From assembly GCF_963921235.1 (NCBI RefSeq), contig NC_086109.1, positions 17,548,001-17,612,000 on the forward strand: 64,000 bases of DNA, read 5' to 3'. This document shows, one piece after another, positions 51,001 to 64,000 of the stretch (the first letter of the stretch is position 1; every line of letters starts with the position of its first letter). Source of the stretch: Mobula hypostoma (lineage: Eukaryota). The position numbers and the translations under genes are program-made. The notes below the pieces were generated by a model. That model had not been told where the DNA came from, did not search any database, and worked only from the letters and a program-made list of their open reading frames with translations.

Positions 51001-51672
51001 TCGAGCTTTATATTCAACTCGACAATGAACTTGGCTGCATTCCTGGCCGTCTAATTACTCCCAAAAAGGATAGGGCTTGGGTTACACATGAAAAAGGGGG
51101 GATGGGGGGGGGAGAGAAGAATACTTTGCTATGCTTGCTCCCTTTCAGGATAGACACGTCACCTTGACAACACTGTGACCTCGCACAAAGGGCTGGGTCT
51201 CCAGGGAATTTGGATACTGGAGCAGTCAAGGACTTGACTCTTTTCCTTGTTCCATTCACCCATCCCCAGACTCCACACTTCAGTCCTAACAGCAGGATGC
51301 ATCATTGCCAGCAAGATCGAGTCACGTCAGCCAGAGGCAAGAGCTGGTGTCTGGGAATTCATACAGGCCTGCACAGCACCTATTAACAAGCTTAGAACCC
51401 TCATTCTATTTTAAACAGAATATTATCATTCAGTCTGTGACTTTATCCACAAAGAATCTGGTTACACCTTCGATGACTGTTTCAAAACAACCTGGCTCCC
51501 ATTATATTTTCATTAGAATGCACTGCACGCCAGTCAAGGCTTTATTCTTGGTTATGTCCTGCTCTCTGAGGCACTCTGTCCTAGGTAATAGCCACAGCCA
51601 CACACTGCCCCGTCTCTACAATTTAGCTTAACGTAGTGGATGAATTTGCAAATTAATGATGACAGGGTCAGA

Positions 51673-51721
51673 AAGAGAGAGAGAGAGAGAGACAGAGAGA
51701 GACAGAGAGAGAGAGAGAGAG
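51673..51721 (+). repeat. (GA)n microsatellite with GACA interruptions
   Basis: Directly visible. Confidence 0.95.
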
Positions 51722-51878
51722 CATATGCGTGTGTGCATATGTGCAAAGTTTACATTCAGCTGCTGGAGCTGAAAAGTGTTAATAACCTGGGTAACGCATG
51801 CATGGCCCATTGACAATTGATTTTCCGCCACCCACCCAGACAGACAAGCTGTATAGCAGATGGTGTCCAATATCATAC

Positions 51879-52030
51879 CTTGTGACAATAATAAATGGCA
51901 GACACAATCTGACGAAAAAAGTGTCGGGCTTCTTGTTCAGTCAGGCTCTGCTTCTCATTGATGAAGTCATACAGGTCGCCTTTGCTTGCATATTCCATGA
52001 TGATCACAATTTTATCCTTGTTTTCAAACA
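51879..52030 (-). CDS. NUAK2: NUAK2 exon 3
   Basis: 152 bp, AG/GT bounded. Encodes (V)[50 protein letters not shown]. Confidence 0.96.
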
Positions 52031-53518
52031 CTGCAAAAAAATAATTTAAAGAAGCCTTTGTTTACAGGAAGCTGAAGCTGCTTGCAGCTTGTTTGCTGAC
52101 TCAGTCCATACTTCTCTCATTATGATCTGACACTAATGAAACTAGGAATTCAGGGATTCTCATTCAAACAAATTACTGGAGGATCTCGCAAGTGAAATTT
52201 AAAAAGACAAATTACAGATGTTGGAATATGTTAAGAACTCCTCTGACTGGCTTTTGTTTTGAGTGCAGTTGTATGCAGGTAAAGTCAGAGTCAAAATAAA
52301 ATATATTATCAAAGTACATATGTCACCATATACAACCTTGAAATTCATTTTCTTGCAGACAACTACAGGAAACTAAAGGAATACTATAGAATTTATAAAA
52401 CTAGTCTACATAAACGAAGTCTGACAAACAACCAAAGTGCAAAGATGACTTTTGAGCATTCGATAGCTCTGGGCCTCTACTCACTGGAATTCAGAAGAAT
52501 ATTGAAACCTATGGAATGGTGAAAGGCCTCAATAGAGTGGATGTGGAGAGGATGTTTCCTATGGTGGGGGAGTCTAAGACCAGAGGACACAGCCTCAGAA
52601 TAGAGGGACGTCCTTTTAGAATGCAGACGAAGAGGCATTTCTTCAGCCAGAGAGTGATGAATCTGAGATTCACAGGGGGCTGTGTAAGCCAAGAGTTTTA
52701 TTTAAGGCAGAGGTTGATAGATTCTTGATTAGTCAGGGCATGAAGGGATATGGGGAGAAGGCAGGAGACTGGGGCTGATCAGCCATGATGAATGGCAGAG
52801 CGGACTCAATGGGCCACATGGCCTAATTCTGCTCCTACCTCTTACGGTCTTAAGACAAAAGGTATTAAATACCTCCAAATTCAGAAAAAGAAATGAGAAA
52901 AAAGTGATTTTATTGAACCCACGTTCATTTAAAATATAAACATTATAAATAACCCAACTGATCACCTTTCCTCCTTCCCCCTCTGATGCAAGCAGACTCC
53001 AGCATTGTCACCCAATCACTTAAATCACAGGCTGGCCTGTGTCAACTGAGGACAATTATAAAGATGCAGCTATCACACCTTGGGTTGGCATTGACAAGTC
53101 AACCATTGACCATCTTACGGGAAAGTCCAGGGAAGCAAGTCCCCAGAGAAGACAGAATTAAAAACAAAAGACGTGGGAGTGAAATGACCCCGATTTCCAG
53201 TGAATTCCAATAGATGCCCATTTGCCTGCTCACTGCAGATGTGCCTCAAATTTGGTGTGAAATTGTAGTTGCGGCAGCCTACGATACATTAGCCCGTCCA
53301 CCTATGCCACATCAAATGGCTGCAAACAAAAGAAAAAAAAAAATCAGCCACCACCCTGCAGTTTCAATGTTGTTCACATGAACCCGAAATAAAAACATTC
53401 CACTCCACAACAAGATGATGATCAGATAAAGCTAATGAAAGGTTGGCAACTCGAAATTTTCTCAGCAACATAGAGCAAAGGGCCAAGAACCTCCCTCTTT
53501 CCATAAGATGCTCTGTTG

Positions 53519-54033
53519 TCACTTTATAGGAGCGGAACCCGGTGTGGTCTTCCGCGGCTGGAGCCCATCCACTTCAAGGTTTGACGTGTTGTGCATCCAG
53601 GGATGCTCTTCTGCACACCACCGTTGTAATGCAGGACTATTTTGAGTTACTGTCAGGGTGAACCAGTCTCCCATTCTCCTCTAACCTTTCTCATTAAGAA
53701 TGTGCTTTCTGCCATGGAACTACCACTCACTGGATATTTTTTGTTTGTCGCACTATCCTCTGTAAACTCTAGAGACCGCTGTGTATGAAAGTCCCAGGAG
53801 ATCAGCAGTTTCTGAAATACTCAAACCACCCTGTCTGACACCAACGACCATTCCATGGTCAAAGTCGCTTAGGTCTCATTTCATGCCCATTCTGATGTTT
53901 GGTTCAAACCAAAAAAAAACTGAACCTCTTGATCACATCTGCATGCTTTTATACATTGAGTTGCTGCCACATGATTGGCTGATTAGATTTTGCATTAACG
54001 AGCATGTGTACCCAATAAAGTGGCCACTGAGTG
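53519..54033. mobile_element. Tc1-like non-autonomous element, left end eroded
   Basis: Colinear with 12546-13083. Right TIR cccaataaagtggccactgagtg. Confidence 0.75.
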
Positions 54034-56199
54034 TTGAGAGAAGAAATTGCTCGCCACATCAAGCAATTTAAGTGCAAGCCACTGATTTTAGATCAACAGT
54101 TAAAAAAAAACCCATCAAAAACAAAATCCACATGCAAGGTTCAGCATTCACACTAGGGGGCAAATGAAATGTATTCACCACACGTTTGGAATTCACTGGT
54201 TCAGAACTTTATTTAATTAGAACTTGCAGTTGGGCAGCACTCTCAAAACCAGATCTGACAATGAGGCAAAGCAGGAGGTTTTGGCAAGGCTGAAGGTAGC
54301 TTGAGGAAAATCTTCCCAGTGGACAGGCAGAGAAATTTAGCCTGCAGAGGCTGGCAGTGGTCAAGGAAAGGAGGGTGCGAAATGCACAGATGAACGCAGG
54401 TTGATGGTTTGCACTACATGACTGAACTCTGGAAGGGATATTGGGGGGCGGGGTGGGTTGGGAGGGTGTAAAAACTGTATAAGTGCGGACAGTGTAAAGA
54501 TGCACTGTTCCTAATGTAGGATCAGTGTGCAGGAAATGTCTATTCACAGTGTCAAAGTAAAAGTACACTTCCTACTGAAGTTGCCCAGTGGAAGAAAGCT
54601 GGCAATCCTGATACAGTATTTAACCTTTATCAATAGACATAATACAAACTCTAGCAGTTTCATAGTCAATAAAGGTCAATTTACTGGATTGTGAGTGATT
54701 ATTAATGCACATGTTTAAGCACTGAATTACCTTCTCTAAAAGTATGTTCACTAGTTATAGGATTTTCCTTGTTGCATTGTACAATACCAGTTCATGGGTG
54801 GCAGTATGAGAAGGGTGCAGGGTCCTGAATATACAATCATTGAAGCTTTCCAGCCTTTGGATCTGAGGAAAGTTCTCCAATGGTCATCAAGTTCACTAAA
54901 TCTGAAACTTTAACTCTGTTTCTCTTTCCACAGATGCTGCCCGATCTGCTGAGTGTTTCTGGCAATTTCTGCTTTTGAACTAGATCTGAGTGTCTGTACT
55001 ATTTTTTTTTTGGCTTCTCTGTTACTGAAAACAAAACTGGTCAGGCACAAAAAGACTTAGACAATTGCAGAGAGGAATGGCCTACACAAAGGCAAAAAGA
55101 ATGCGGAGAACTCCCTGAGTCAACAGTGCTGTAGGGGAAAGAGACAGCAATGGTTTGTCCTGGATGTTATAGTCAACAGATCTGAAAGGCCACTCCTCTT
55201 CTTCAAAACCTTTATTTATCTGGCCACACATTGGCTAATGCAACTCCCTCGCTTTCAGGGAAATCATGGGAGGTGATTTTTCGGAACTGAAAAGAGCAAG
55301 CTCTGCTCTAGAGATACCCTTATTTTTCAAAGATTATTTACTGTCATCCTTTAACTTGTGTGTAAAGGAAAATAAAATGATTGTTACTCTAGATCTAATG
55401 CAGCATAAAAAACACAAGCATAAAGAACACAGTATATAAAGCAATCATATAACATGTAATGTGAAATTAACTGCTGTATATATAGACTAATTGTCTGTAG
55501 ATGAAGTGATGTTGGGTAATGTAAGGTGGGGTGCTGGTTTAATGGGTGAAGGTATGGATGGTTTGAGGGAAGTAACTATTTGAACCTAGTGGTCCTGGTG
55601 TGGATGCTCCATAGCCCCTTCCCCGAAGGGAGTGGGACACACAGTCCACTAGCAGTGTGGGTAGGATCCTTCATAATATGGCAGGCCTTTTTTCCAGCTC
55701 CTTTCTTTATATTTGTCTTTGACATCCTTGTAATGTCAGAAACACGGCTGCCAGTTTGTGAGCAGCAGGCTCCTGCAAAGAACAATAATAAGAAAGAAAG
55801 CTGTTTTTTGGGAGGAGGGTATTGGCAAGAGTAGTGGGTTGAACTCATTTGCTCCACTTCCTAACAGTGAGACAATGGAACGTTTTACATGCAGCCAAGA
55901 AAAGCACTTAATACGCTTGTATTATGAGGCTTAATACCTCATGTGATGGGCAGTACCTCCAGGGAGGCAGCACTCCTTCAGAACTTCCCCGTAGCACAAG
56001 CCTAGCACCATCTGCACCTCCTACATCACGGTGGCCAACCGCAATGACTCAGTAGCCAGTAAAGTGTTCCAGCACATCTTGAACTCACTAGAGGTCACCA
56101 TGTGGCCATGCAAGGTCCCAGTCCGTGATCTCACTTTGGATATTCAGCCATTGGCGCTGGAGGCCCATTATCATTGAAAGGGCCACAAACCAGCACCTT

Positions 56200-56407
56200 A
56201 ACACACGAGATACTGCAGACACTGGGAACCTTGGGTAGTGCACACAAATTGCTGGAGGAATGTAGCTAGTCAGGCAGCATCTACGGAACGGGAATAAACA
56301 TGGATTGTTTTTTCTCTCCCATAGATGCAGGGGAATAAACCTGCGTCTACAAGTGTGACTTCCGTAGATGCCTGACTTGCCAAGTTCCTCCAGCCGTTGG
56401 CATGTGT
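56200..56407. mobile_element. Degenerate fold-back PLE-derived element
   Basis: tgctggaggaa..gtcaggcagcatctacggaa is inverted against ttccgtagatgcctgacttgccaagttcctccagc. Confidence 0.6.
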
Positions 56408-59400
56408 CACCTCGAGGAGAAAGGAGGCAGGTCAGAGAACAAAAACAAAATCCCCAAGAAACCACAAGTGAGCGAGGGCTTGTTTACGACAAGGAGCAGA
56501 CAGCAGCGGAAGAGGACATTACCCAAACAAGTGGAAACTTTCTTCATTTCCATCCAATGAAGTCATGGCAATCATGGGATCTCAATGTGATTGGAGGGAT
56601 AAATGGTTAATGGAATGCACACTAGCGAGAAAGAATGTAAAAATTCACAAAACACTCCAGCCTTGGAGAAGGTCAGCAATTTCCTTTTGGCCAGGCTTTT
56701 GTTAAAACAGCAAACAAACATTAGGTTTGTGGAATTTCCCCTTACAGGCAGCAAGGGAAAGAGAGAAAGAAGGAAAAGGCTCAAGTTTCGATCTTGTGCC
56801 AGGCCCATTCCCTCATTACAACAACAGAGAGCACTCAGCACTACAAGGAAATGCAATCAGGGGGCACTTTCTTATAGTGGCTTGTCACGATACAGCTGAT
56901 TCAGGAACAGCCAGAACACACATCAATCACTGTCATCTTTTAATTGTTTCATGGCCATATCAAGTGGGCAAGCATTATAAAGAGTGCCACAGTATCTGCA
57001 CAATGGTATTTTTTTTAAAAAAAACACTTCTTTCTCTCCCTGCAAGATGCATTTTGGGATAGGGCCTTGTATCTAAGGATGGGTGTGCGGGCACAGGAGA
57101 GGGTCCAAACAAGGTTTACATGAGTGCTCCCAGAAATAAAAGGCTTAACGTACAATGTGTTTGACAGCTCTGGGCCTGTATGGATGGGTGAAAAAACCTC
57201 ATTGAATCCTACTGATATTTGAAGGTCTTAATAGAGTGGGTGTGGAGAGGATCCCTCCGTGAGAGGGGGAGTCTAGGATATGAACTTTAAAACTTCCCTT
57301 TAAAATGGAGAGAAGGAGGGAGGAATTTCTTCAGCCAGAGGGAAGCGAATCTGTGGAATGTGTTGCCACAGGGGTCTGTGGAGGTCAACTCATTGGGTGC
57401 ATTGAAGACAGAAACTGATATGCTGATATTGTTGATTGATAAAAGAGTTAAGAGTTATGAAGAGAAGGTGGGAGAATGAGAGTTAAAAAATATTCAAAAT
57501 TTAATGGCGGAGTAGACTGAATGGGCCAAATGGCCTAATTCTGCTGCTATATCTTATGGTAATGGTTTTATATCTGACCCCGAGTCATGCAGCAACAGAG
57601 CAGAGACTTGCAGCTGATCAGAGGCTTGGATCCTCATCTCGACAGGGGAATGTAGGGGCTCACTGCAGGTCCCCCGCTCTCTCCCAGGTCTTTAAACTTG
57701 ATCTTGTCTACGTGCGTGCCTGCTAGCGGGAGGATGGTGGGAGGTTGGGGGGAGGGGTCAGTCAGACAATTGACCTCACGGATAGAAGGCGATGGTCAAG
57801 CTCACCGCCTCTGCCTGGGTCACCAGCGCAAGAGGGATGGACCATTCAGCAAAGACCAGGGGGCTTGCGCCAGCTCACTTGGGAACTGCGCGACAGAAGG
57901 TGACAACACTCCTCACACCGCACTACAGCACGAGGCAGGGACAAGCGGGGAGCTGACCCCGCACATGTACAAGTGTCACCACGAGCACTTCCAATGGGTC
58001 CCATGATGAGAGCTATTTGTTAAAGAGACTTGAGAGGCACTTCATAAATCAAGCCATGCTGTGCGCTTTACAACCCATTTAAAAGCTTAAAAAAAAACCC
58101 CATACAACATTTTTATTCAAAGATCAAGGATGGGAAGGCTGCCAGAGGAGTTATTGGAAGTATTGGAGACAGCTGCGCACTTTACACAAACCAGATCCAT
58201 CTCCCCCATGGACTATTGCTCACGCACACGCAGACCGTCTAAAATTACAGGTGAACTTTGAGCAGCCAATGAGCTCCTCAGTCAACAGGCATTTTGGCTG
58301 CAGCTGCTGTTTTTGGGAGGGATTGAGTTGAGGGTGTGGGGGAACAAGTGGCCTGGTTTCTCTCAGTTTGCGCCACCTTACCTCCTGAAGGCACTGTGGT
58401 TCTCCAGGTCCTGGAGTCGGGGGAGGGGGGGGGCGTGGGAGGGAGGAGCGGAGGAGAGATCGCAACGTGCTGTGGATGGACATTGGGTTCATGTCAAGAT
58501 GTGTCACCCCTCCAAATACACCAGTTACTGACTGATGCTCACAATCTGCGATCACACACAAAGAAAGGCCTGTATTTTGGAGGGGCATTCACACAGGACA
58601 GACTGAACATCCCCCTTTATGGTTAGGAAGGTTGTCAGCTTCAGAGTCCACCCCCAACCCTTCCCACCTCAATATAGGACTCGGACTCCATCAAAACAGA
58701 ACCAGAAGGGGGAATTTGAAACACAGACATTAGGCCCATTGTTGGTGAAAGGTCAGAGACGTGCATTTCAATTTTTCTTTTCACAACTTCAGTATGTCTC
58801 AAAAAACTTTACAGCCAATTAAGCACTTTGTGTGGAGTCACTGCTGTGACGTAGGAAATGTGGCAGACAGTTTGTGCGCAAGAAAATTCCAAAAACAGCA
58901 ATGTTTTCGTGACCAGATAATCTGTTTATAGATGCTCATTGAGGTATGAATATTGGCCAGGACACTGGGGAGAAGTTGCCCGATCTTCGAAATAGTGCCA
59001 CAGCAATCTTTTGTATCTAACATAGAGAGCACATGTTTCCAGTTAGCAACCCAGCTGAAAGATATCTGAAGAGGTAACAACTTCTGCAGATGCAGGTAAA
59101 GCAAACCTCGGTTGCCTTGATCAATCACCTTCTTAGTCAGTTCCTCAGGATCAGCAGCAATTTACTTCCAATCCAACAGAGGGGACTGCAACGTGTCAGT
59201 GCATTAATTCCTTTAAGGCATGGCCTATCAAATTTAGCCAACAATCCTTCCTGACTACCATCTTAAGCAACCAATTTACCCAAGAAAATCAAGCACAATT
59301 TAACCCTCAGTTATTTAATTGTATTGTTGTGATGGAAAGTGCCATTATTGGAACTCCTGAAGCCTCCATTAATGAGACGACACGAGACACAAACTACAAA

Positions 59401-59411
59401 CCCAGGCCTAC

Positions 59412-59532
59412 CTTCATAGATGTTAATGATATGTGGGTGATTGAGTGATGACATGATCTCAATTTCCCGGCGGATGTGAACCAGGTCCTGTTCATCCTTG
59501 ATCTTGTCTTTGCGGATTGACTTAATGGCCAC
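59412..59532 (-). CDS. NUAK2: NUAK2 exon 2 (VAIK lysine, alphaC helix)
   Basis: 121 bp, cctgcag|GTG..GAAG|gtagg. Encodes [40 protein letters not shown] plus 1 nt. Exon 1 was not found in 59533-64000. Confidence 0.96.
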
Positions 59533-60513
59533 CTGCAGGAATAAGAAACAACAGTCCTATAAAACCGACTGAGTGAGTAACAATGAACTTCTACTATTTC
59601 AAAACCATGGCTAGATCCTTCCTTGGATTTGAAGTACATTTATTAGCAAAATGCCAAATACTACCCTGAGACTGATTTTCTGCACCTCTGGTAAAGGGGC
59701 ATGTTGCGTCCATTCTGGGTTAGCCGGCTTCCTTTAGTCACTCAGCTCTTATCCGTGGCTCCAAGGGTCACACCCTGGTACTCTGCTTCGACAGAACGGT
59801 CAAGCCAGATGAAGGTCAACGGGGGCCCTGCCCTAGCAGGCAAAGTCAGCTCTGGCAGACTGAGTGGGTAGGATCAACAGTGAGATCTGACAGCCACGAA
59901 GGCAGGTCTGCAGCGCTTTGTGGGGAGCGAAGGGTATGACAAGGCACAGAAGTAGTCATGGTCACACTGCAACCAAGGAAGACCCCGGTTGTGGCAACTA
60001 CTCATACTACTGGACCCCCGACCTCCAAGGTCAAGAGAACTGCACCAGTGCAGTGGCTTTTCCACTTTAAAAACTTTTCCGCACAGGTTTCTCTGTTGCC
60101 GTCAGATATGATGGACAACCAATCATACATCAGCTATCTAAGCTCCAGGACAAGCTCATTAAAGTCCTCCTCCTCTTTTGTCAAATGTACCAAAATATAT
60201 TGACAGGCTTTTTACTGTATCTCAGTACATTATACAACAATAAACCAAATAGCCCTTCTTGAAGTCACACCTACTCCTTGAGCAGGACACTAATCTTCTG
60301 CAAACATTGGGGAGTGCCTTTGACAACAAAAGCTCAGTCAGTTGCAAGTAATCGGGGTCTTCACTTCCACCAACTGCAGTTCACTCTGCATCTTCAGAAA
60401 CAAATGCAGCCACAAGACCAGAGGTGGTAATGGTGGAGGTGTGACTCAGGCTCAGTACAGTCTAGACAACGTCTCCTTCTGTAGGTCAGAGTCAATTTCT
60501 TTTGCCCAATATA

Positions 60514-61176
60514 TGAGGGGTGATTGATAAGTTTGTGGCCCAAGGTAGAAGGAGTCAATTTTAGAAAAACTAGCACATTTAATTTCCTACATTTACACAC
60601 TTAATCCAGCGGTCGTGGAGCATACGGATCCCTTCTTTGTAGAAGTCAACGTCTTGGACCTCCAGAAGTGGTCCACAGCAGGGGTAATTGATAAGCTCGT
60701 GGCCCAAGGTAGGAGATGGTGGAAGTTAACTTAAGTTAACATTAACTTCAAACTGACTGCATTTTCACTCAAAGTGTTGAACTGCATTTTCACTCAAAGT
60801 GTTGAACTGCATGTGCATGTAACGAGAGTTGTATAACTCATCTCCCTCTACCTTGAGCCACAAGCTTATCGATCACCCCTGCTGTGGATCACCTGGAGGT
60901 CCAAGACGCTCTCATTACATGCACGTGCAGTTCAACTCTTTGACTGATAATGCAGAAAGTTTGAAGTTAAATAACTCATCTCCTTCTATCTTAGGCCACG
61001 AACTTATCAATCACCCCTGCTGTGGACCACTTCTACGAAGAAGGGATCCGTATGCTCCACGATTGCTAGACTAAGTGTGTACATGTAGGAGGGGACTATG
61101 TTGAAAAATAAATGTGCTAGGTTTTCTAAAATTGATTCCTTCTACCCCAGGCCACGAACTTACCAATCACCCCTCA
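60514..61176. mobile_element. Mariner-like fold-back MITE
   Basis: TA-TGAGGGGTGATTGATAAGTTTGTGGCC ... GGCCACGAACTTACCAATCACCCCTCA-TA. Inverted arms extend over most of its length. Confidence 0.88.
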
Positions 61177-63584
61177 TAATTTAGTTAAGAGATGCATCAT
61201 GGCAATGGGCCCTACTGGCCCAGCTACGCACCACTTAATTACACCCATGTGACCATGTAAGCTACCCATACGTCTTTGCAATGTGGGAGGAAGTCGGAGC
61301 ACCTAGAGGAAACCCATGTGATTTCGGGGGAAAAAAATACACAAACTCCTTACAGACTGCAGTGGAATTGGACCTGGACTGCTGGCGCTATAATAGTGTT
61401 ACGCTAGCTGCCATTCTACTGCTTAAGTGACGTGGGCAGCTATTACGCAAATTAAAATTTATCAGTACAATTTACTGTTGACGTCTGAAATTAAAACAGA
61501 AAATGCTGGAACCGCTCAGCATCTGCAGGAAGCAAAACAGTTAACCTTTCGGGTCAAAGTCCCTAAGCCAACAACTCAATTGTCAAGGCAGCACAAGAAG
61601 TGAATCAAGGCACAGGAATCTGAGAAATAAGACAACCAGTTCCTGGAGCAGCAATATAAACACTGTCCTCGAGTGTCAACAGAACCAGCCCACACCGGAG
61701 GAGTTTTTCTTGCCCTCCCCGTGACAGGTGTTCCCTGACTCAACTCCAGTATGGTACTTCTTGTTAAAGATCACTCCGTATACAGAAAGGCTGCTTGGTG
61801 TTTACCAAGCTGTATTTCTGAGACCGGGCTCCTTGCTGGGCCTCCACGTTCATTCTCAGCAGCAGAAAAGCAGGGCAGATATGCGATTCGATTCAGCCTC
61901 TCAAAGTGGTTCCAGTCTCTGGACCGAGTCAAAGCTAAACTTACCACCATATGCATACACAAGTATACACATGCGCAACCAAAAAAAAAACAACACAACA
62001 ACTTATTTGCAGCTACATTACAGGAACACAACATCACAACAAGAAAAGCGTACACACAATTTTAACCAAACACAATTAGAACAAAATAAAAAGCCAATTT
62101 TAGTGCAAGGTGATCAAAGCAGTATGGCGTTGCTAAACTGCAGCGATTAGGGTTTTGCCAGTTGGTTCAAGAACTGAATGGTTGAAGGGAAGTAGCTGAT
62201 CTTGAACCTGTTGGTGTGGGACTTCCAGCTTCTGCACCTCATGTCTGATGCTAGCTGTGAGAAGATGGCGGAGCCTAAATGGTGGGGATCTTTGATGACA
62301 GATATTACTTTCCTGAGGCAGTGCCTCCTGCGGATACTACTAATGGTAGGTAGCAACGTGCCTGTGATGTGTTGGGACTAGTACACTACTTTCTGTAGCT
62401 TATGTTCCTGTGCAATGGAGTTGCCATATCAGACCAAGATCAGTCTTCCCTTCTGCCATCAGATTTCATAAACAATACCTATTCTGCTCTCTTTACGCAC
62501 TATTGATTTACTTTTCTTTTCAAAATATGCTCTTATTATAACTTATGTTAATTTTTATGATTACATTGCAAAAACAAATTCCACAACATATGTCAGTGAT
62601 AATGGCCCAATTCTGGTTCAACCAGTCAGGACACCAAGTACCAATAAATTATGAAAATGGCAGTAACACTGTTGTTCAGGCAACAGAGAAGGACAGAGTC
62701 ACTTCAGGCTTCATCAGAACTCAAAGATCGTCCACATGAAAATTTTGATCCATTTCTCTCTCCACAGATATTGTTCTACCTGCCAATACTTGTCTTCCAG
62801 TGTCCAGCATCTGAACCTCTTTTGTATTTTCAAATCTCCCCAACTCTGAAGTAGCACACCACAAAGCTTCAAGGGGACATTGCCAAACAGAATTTGATAC
62901 TGCCACCATTGGACAGGTGATCAAAGGCATGGCTGGGGGGGTGGGTGAAATCTGGCATGGGAGTGCTCAAGATCAGAAAGATTCAGCTGGGAATTTCAGA
63001 GCCAAGGCTCAGCAGCTGAAGTCACGGCAACAAATGGCTGAGCGATAAAAATCAGAGATGCCTCGGGAGATAGAAACGCAGAGGTCAGGGCATTGGATGA
63101 AGATACAGAGATAATTAATAAGGGCTGGTTAAGAGAACACAGAATAAGAACTTAAAAAAAAAGATTTATTGATGTCCGGGAAGAACAGATGGGGAGAAGA
63201 GCAGTGAAGATTGCTAGGAAGACTGTGAAGGTGCCTATATAATACGCAAGGAAAAAAATGACGATTTACTCAAAACTGAAGGCCTGGTAAACAGATCACA
63301 ACTGCTTTAACCTGTAGTTATGACCTCTCTGTTGAGGCCAAGTGTTTTAAGTGGGGAGTCATTATATATCCTAGGGATATTTTCCACATTCAGCAAATTA
63401 ATTTTGGTGCTTCATTTTTCGACCTTTTAAGAAGTCAACTAAGTGGGACTTGTTATGACAGGGCACCGGCCCCATTCCTTTTCCAACCTTTAAACTTGTG
63501 GTCAAGCTAGATAACAGCCAGGAGGGTAAGGAATACCTAGGGAGTGTTGCAGTGTCAGAGGAACTGTCGACTGTCAGATAAAGA

Positions 63585-63885
63585 TTAGCTCTATTTGCCA
63601 CAAGTACATCGAAACCTACAGTGAAATGCACCATTTGCATCAACGACGAACAGAAGTCTGAGGACGTGCTGGGGGCAGCCCGCAAGAATCGCTATGCTTC
63701 TGGCGCCAACATAGCACGCCCACAACTTACTAGCACATACATCTTTGCTACACCGGAGCACCCGGAGGAAAGCCATGCAGTCACAGGGGAGAACATACAA
63801 ACTCCTTACAGACAGTGGCAAAAATTGAACCCCCCTCAAGTCACTAGCGCTGGAAAACACCATGTTAACAGCTACACTACCGCAG
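63585..63885 (-). mobile_element. V-SINE/HE1-like SINE
   Basis: ccggagcacccggaggaaagccatgcagtcacaggggagaacatacaaactcc, with the same tail as 197-500. Confidence 0.7.
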
Positions 63886-64000
63886 TCAATATTTACACTT
63901 CAATCCACATCGCATGAACAGATTTTCAAAATGGAGAATGTGGGAGCTTGCTATACGCAAAGTAATTGTTTTGTATTCTCTACATCTGCAAAATCAAAAG

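Noticed and set aside
59533..64000. NUAK2 exon 1
   Set aside because: No GxGxxGxV glycine-loop coding sequence or CpG island was found. It presumably lies beyond the window.

Overview
Eukaryotic, repeat-rich vertebrate DNA. The repeat landscape (CR1-like LINEs, V-SINE/HE1-like SINEs, Rex1/Babar, Penelope-like elements) suggests a cartilaginous fish; this is inference. One protein-coding gene is supported: an AMPK-related kinase, NUAK2, on the minus strand. Six GT-AG coding exons were reconstructed in frame (59412-59532, 51879-52030, 46443-46508, 42347-42466, 40794-40926, 37081-38180). The first exon is not in the window, and a candidate 3' UTR of about 2.9 kb ends near an AATAAA at 34195-34200. 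The most striking non-genic structure is a Penelope-like retroelement (RT + GIY-YIG) at 21945-24854. It has about 1 kb tail-out inverted arms, a 16-bp target-site duplication and a minimal hammerhead-ribozyme motif in each arm. Several shorter fold-back derivatives (0.14-0.9 kb) share this geometry, and several have their own candidate TSDs. Tc1/mariner and hAT MITEs, nested LINEs, a possible orphan promoter/first exon near 16.25 kb and a possible decayed integrase relic near 13.6-14.9 kb are also present.
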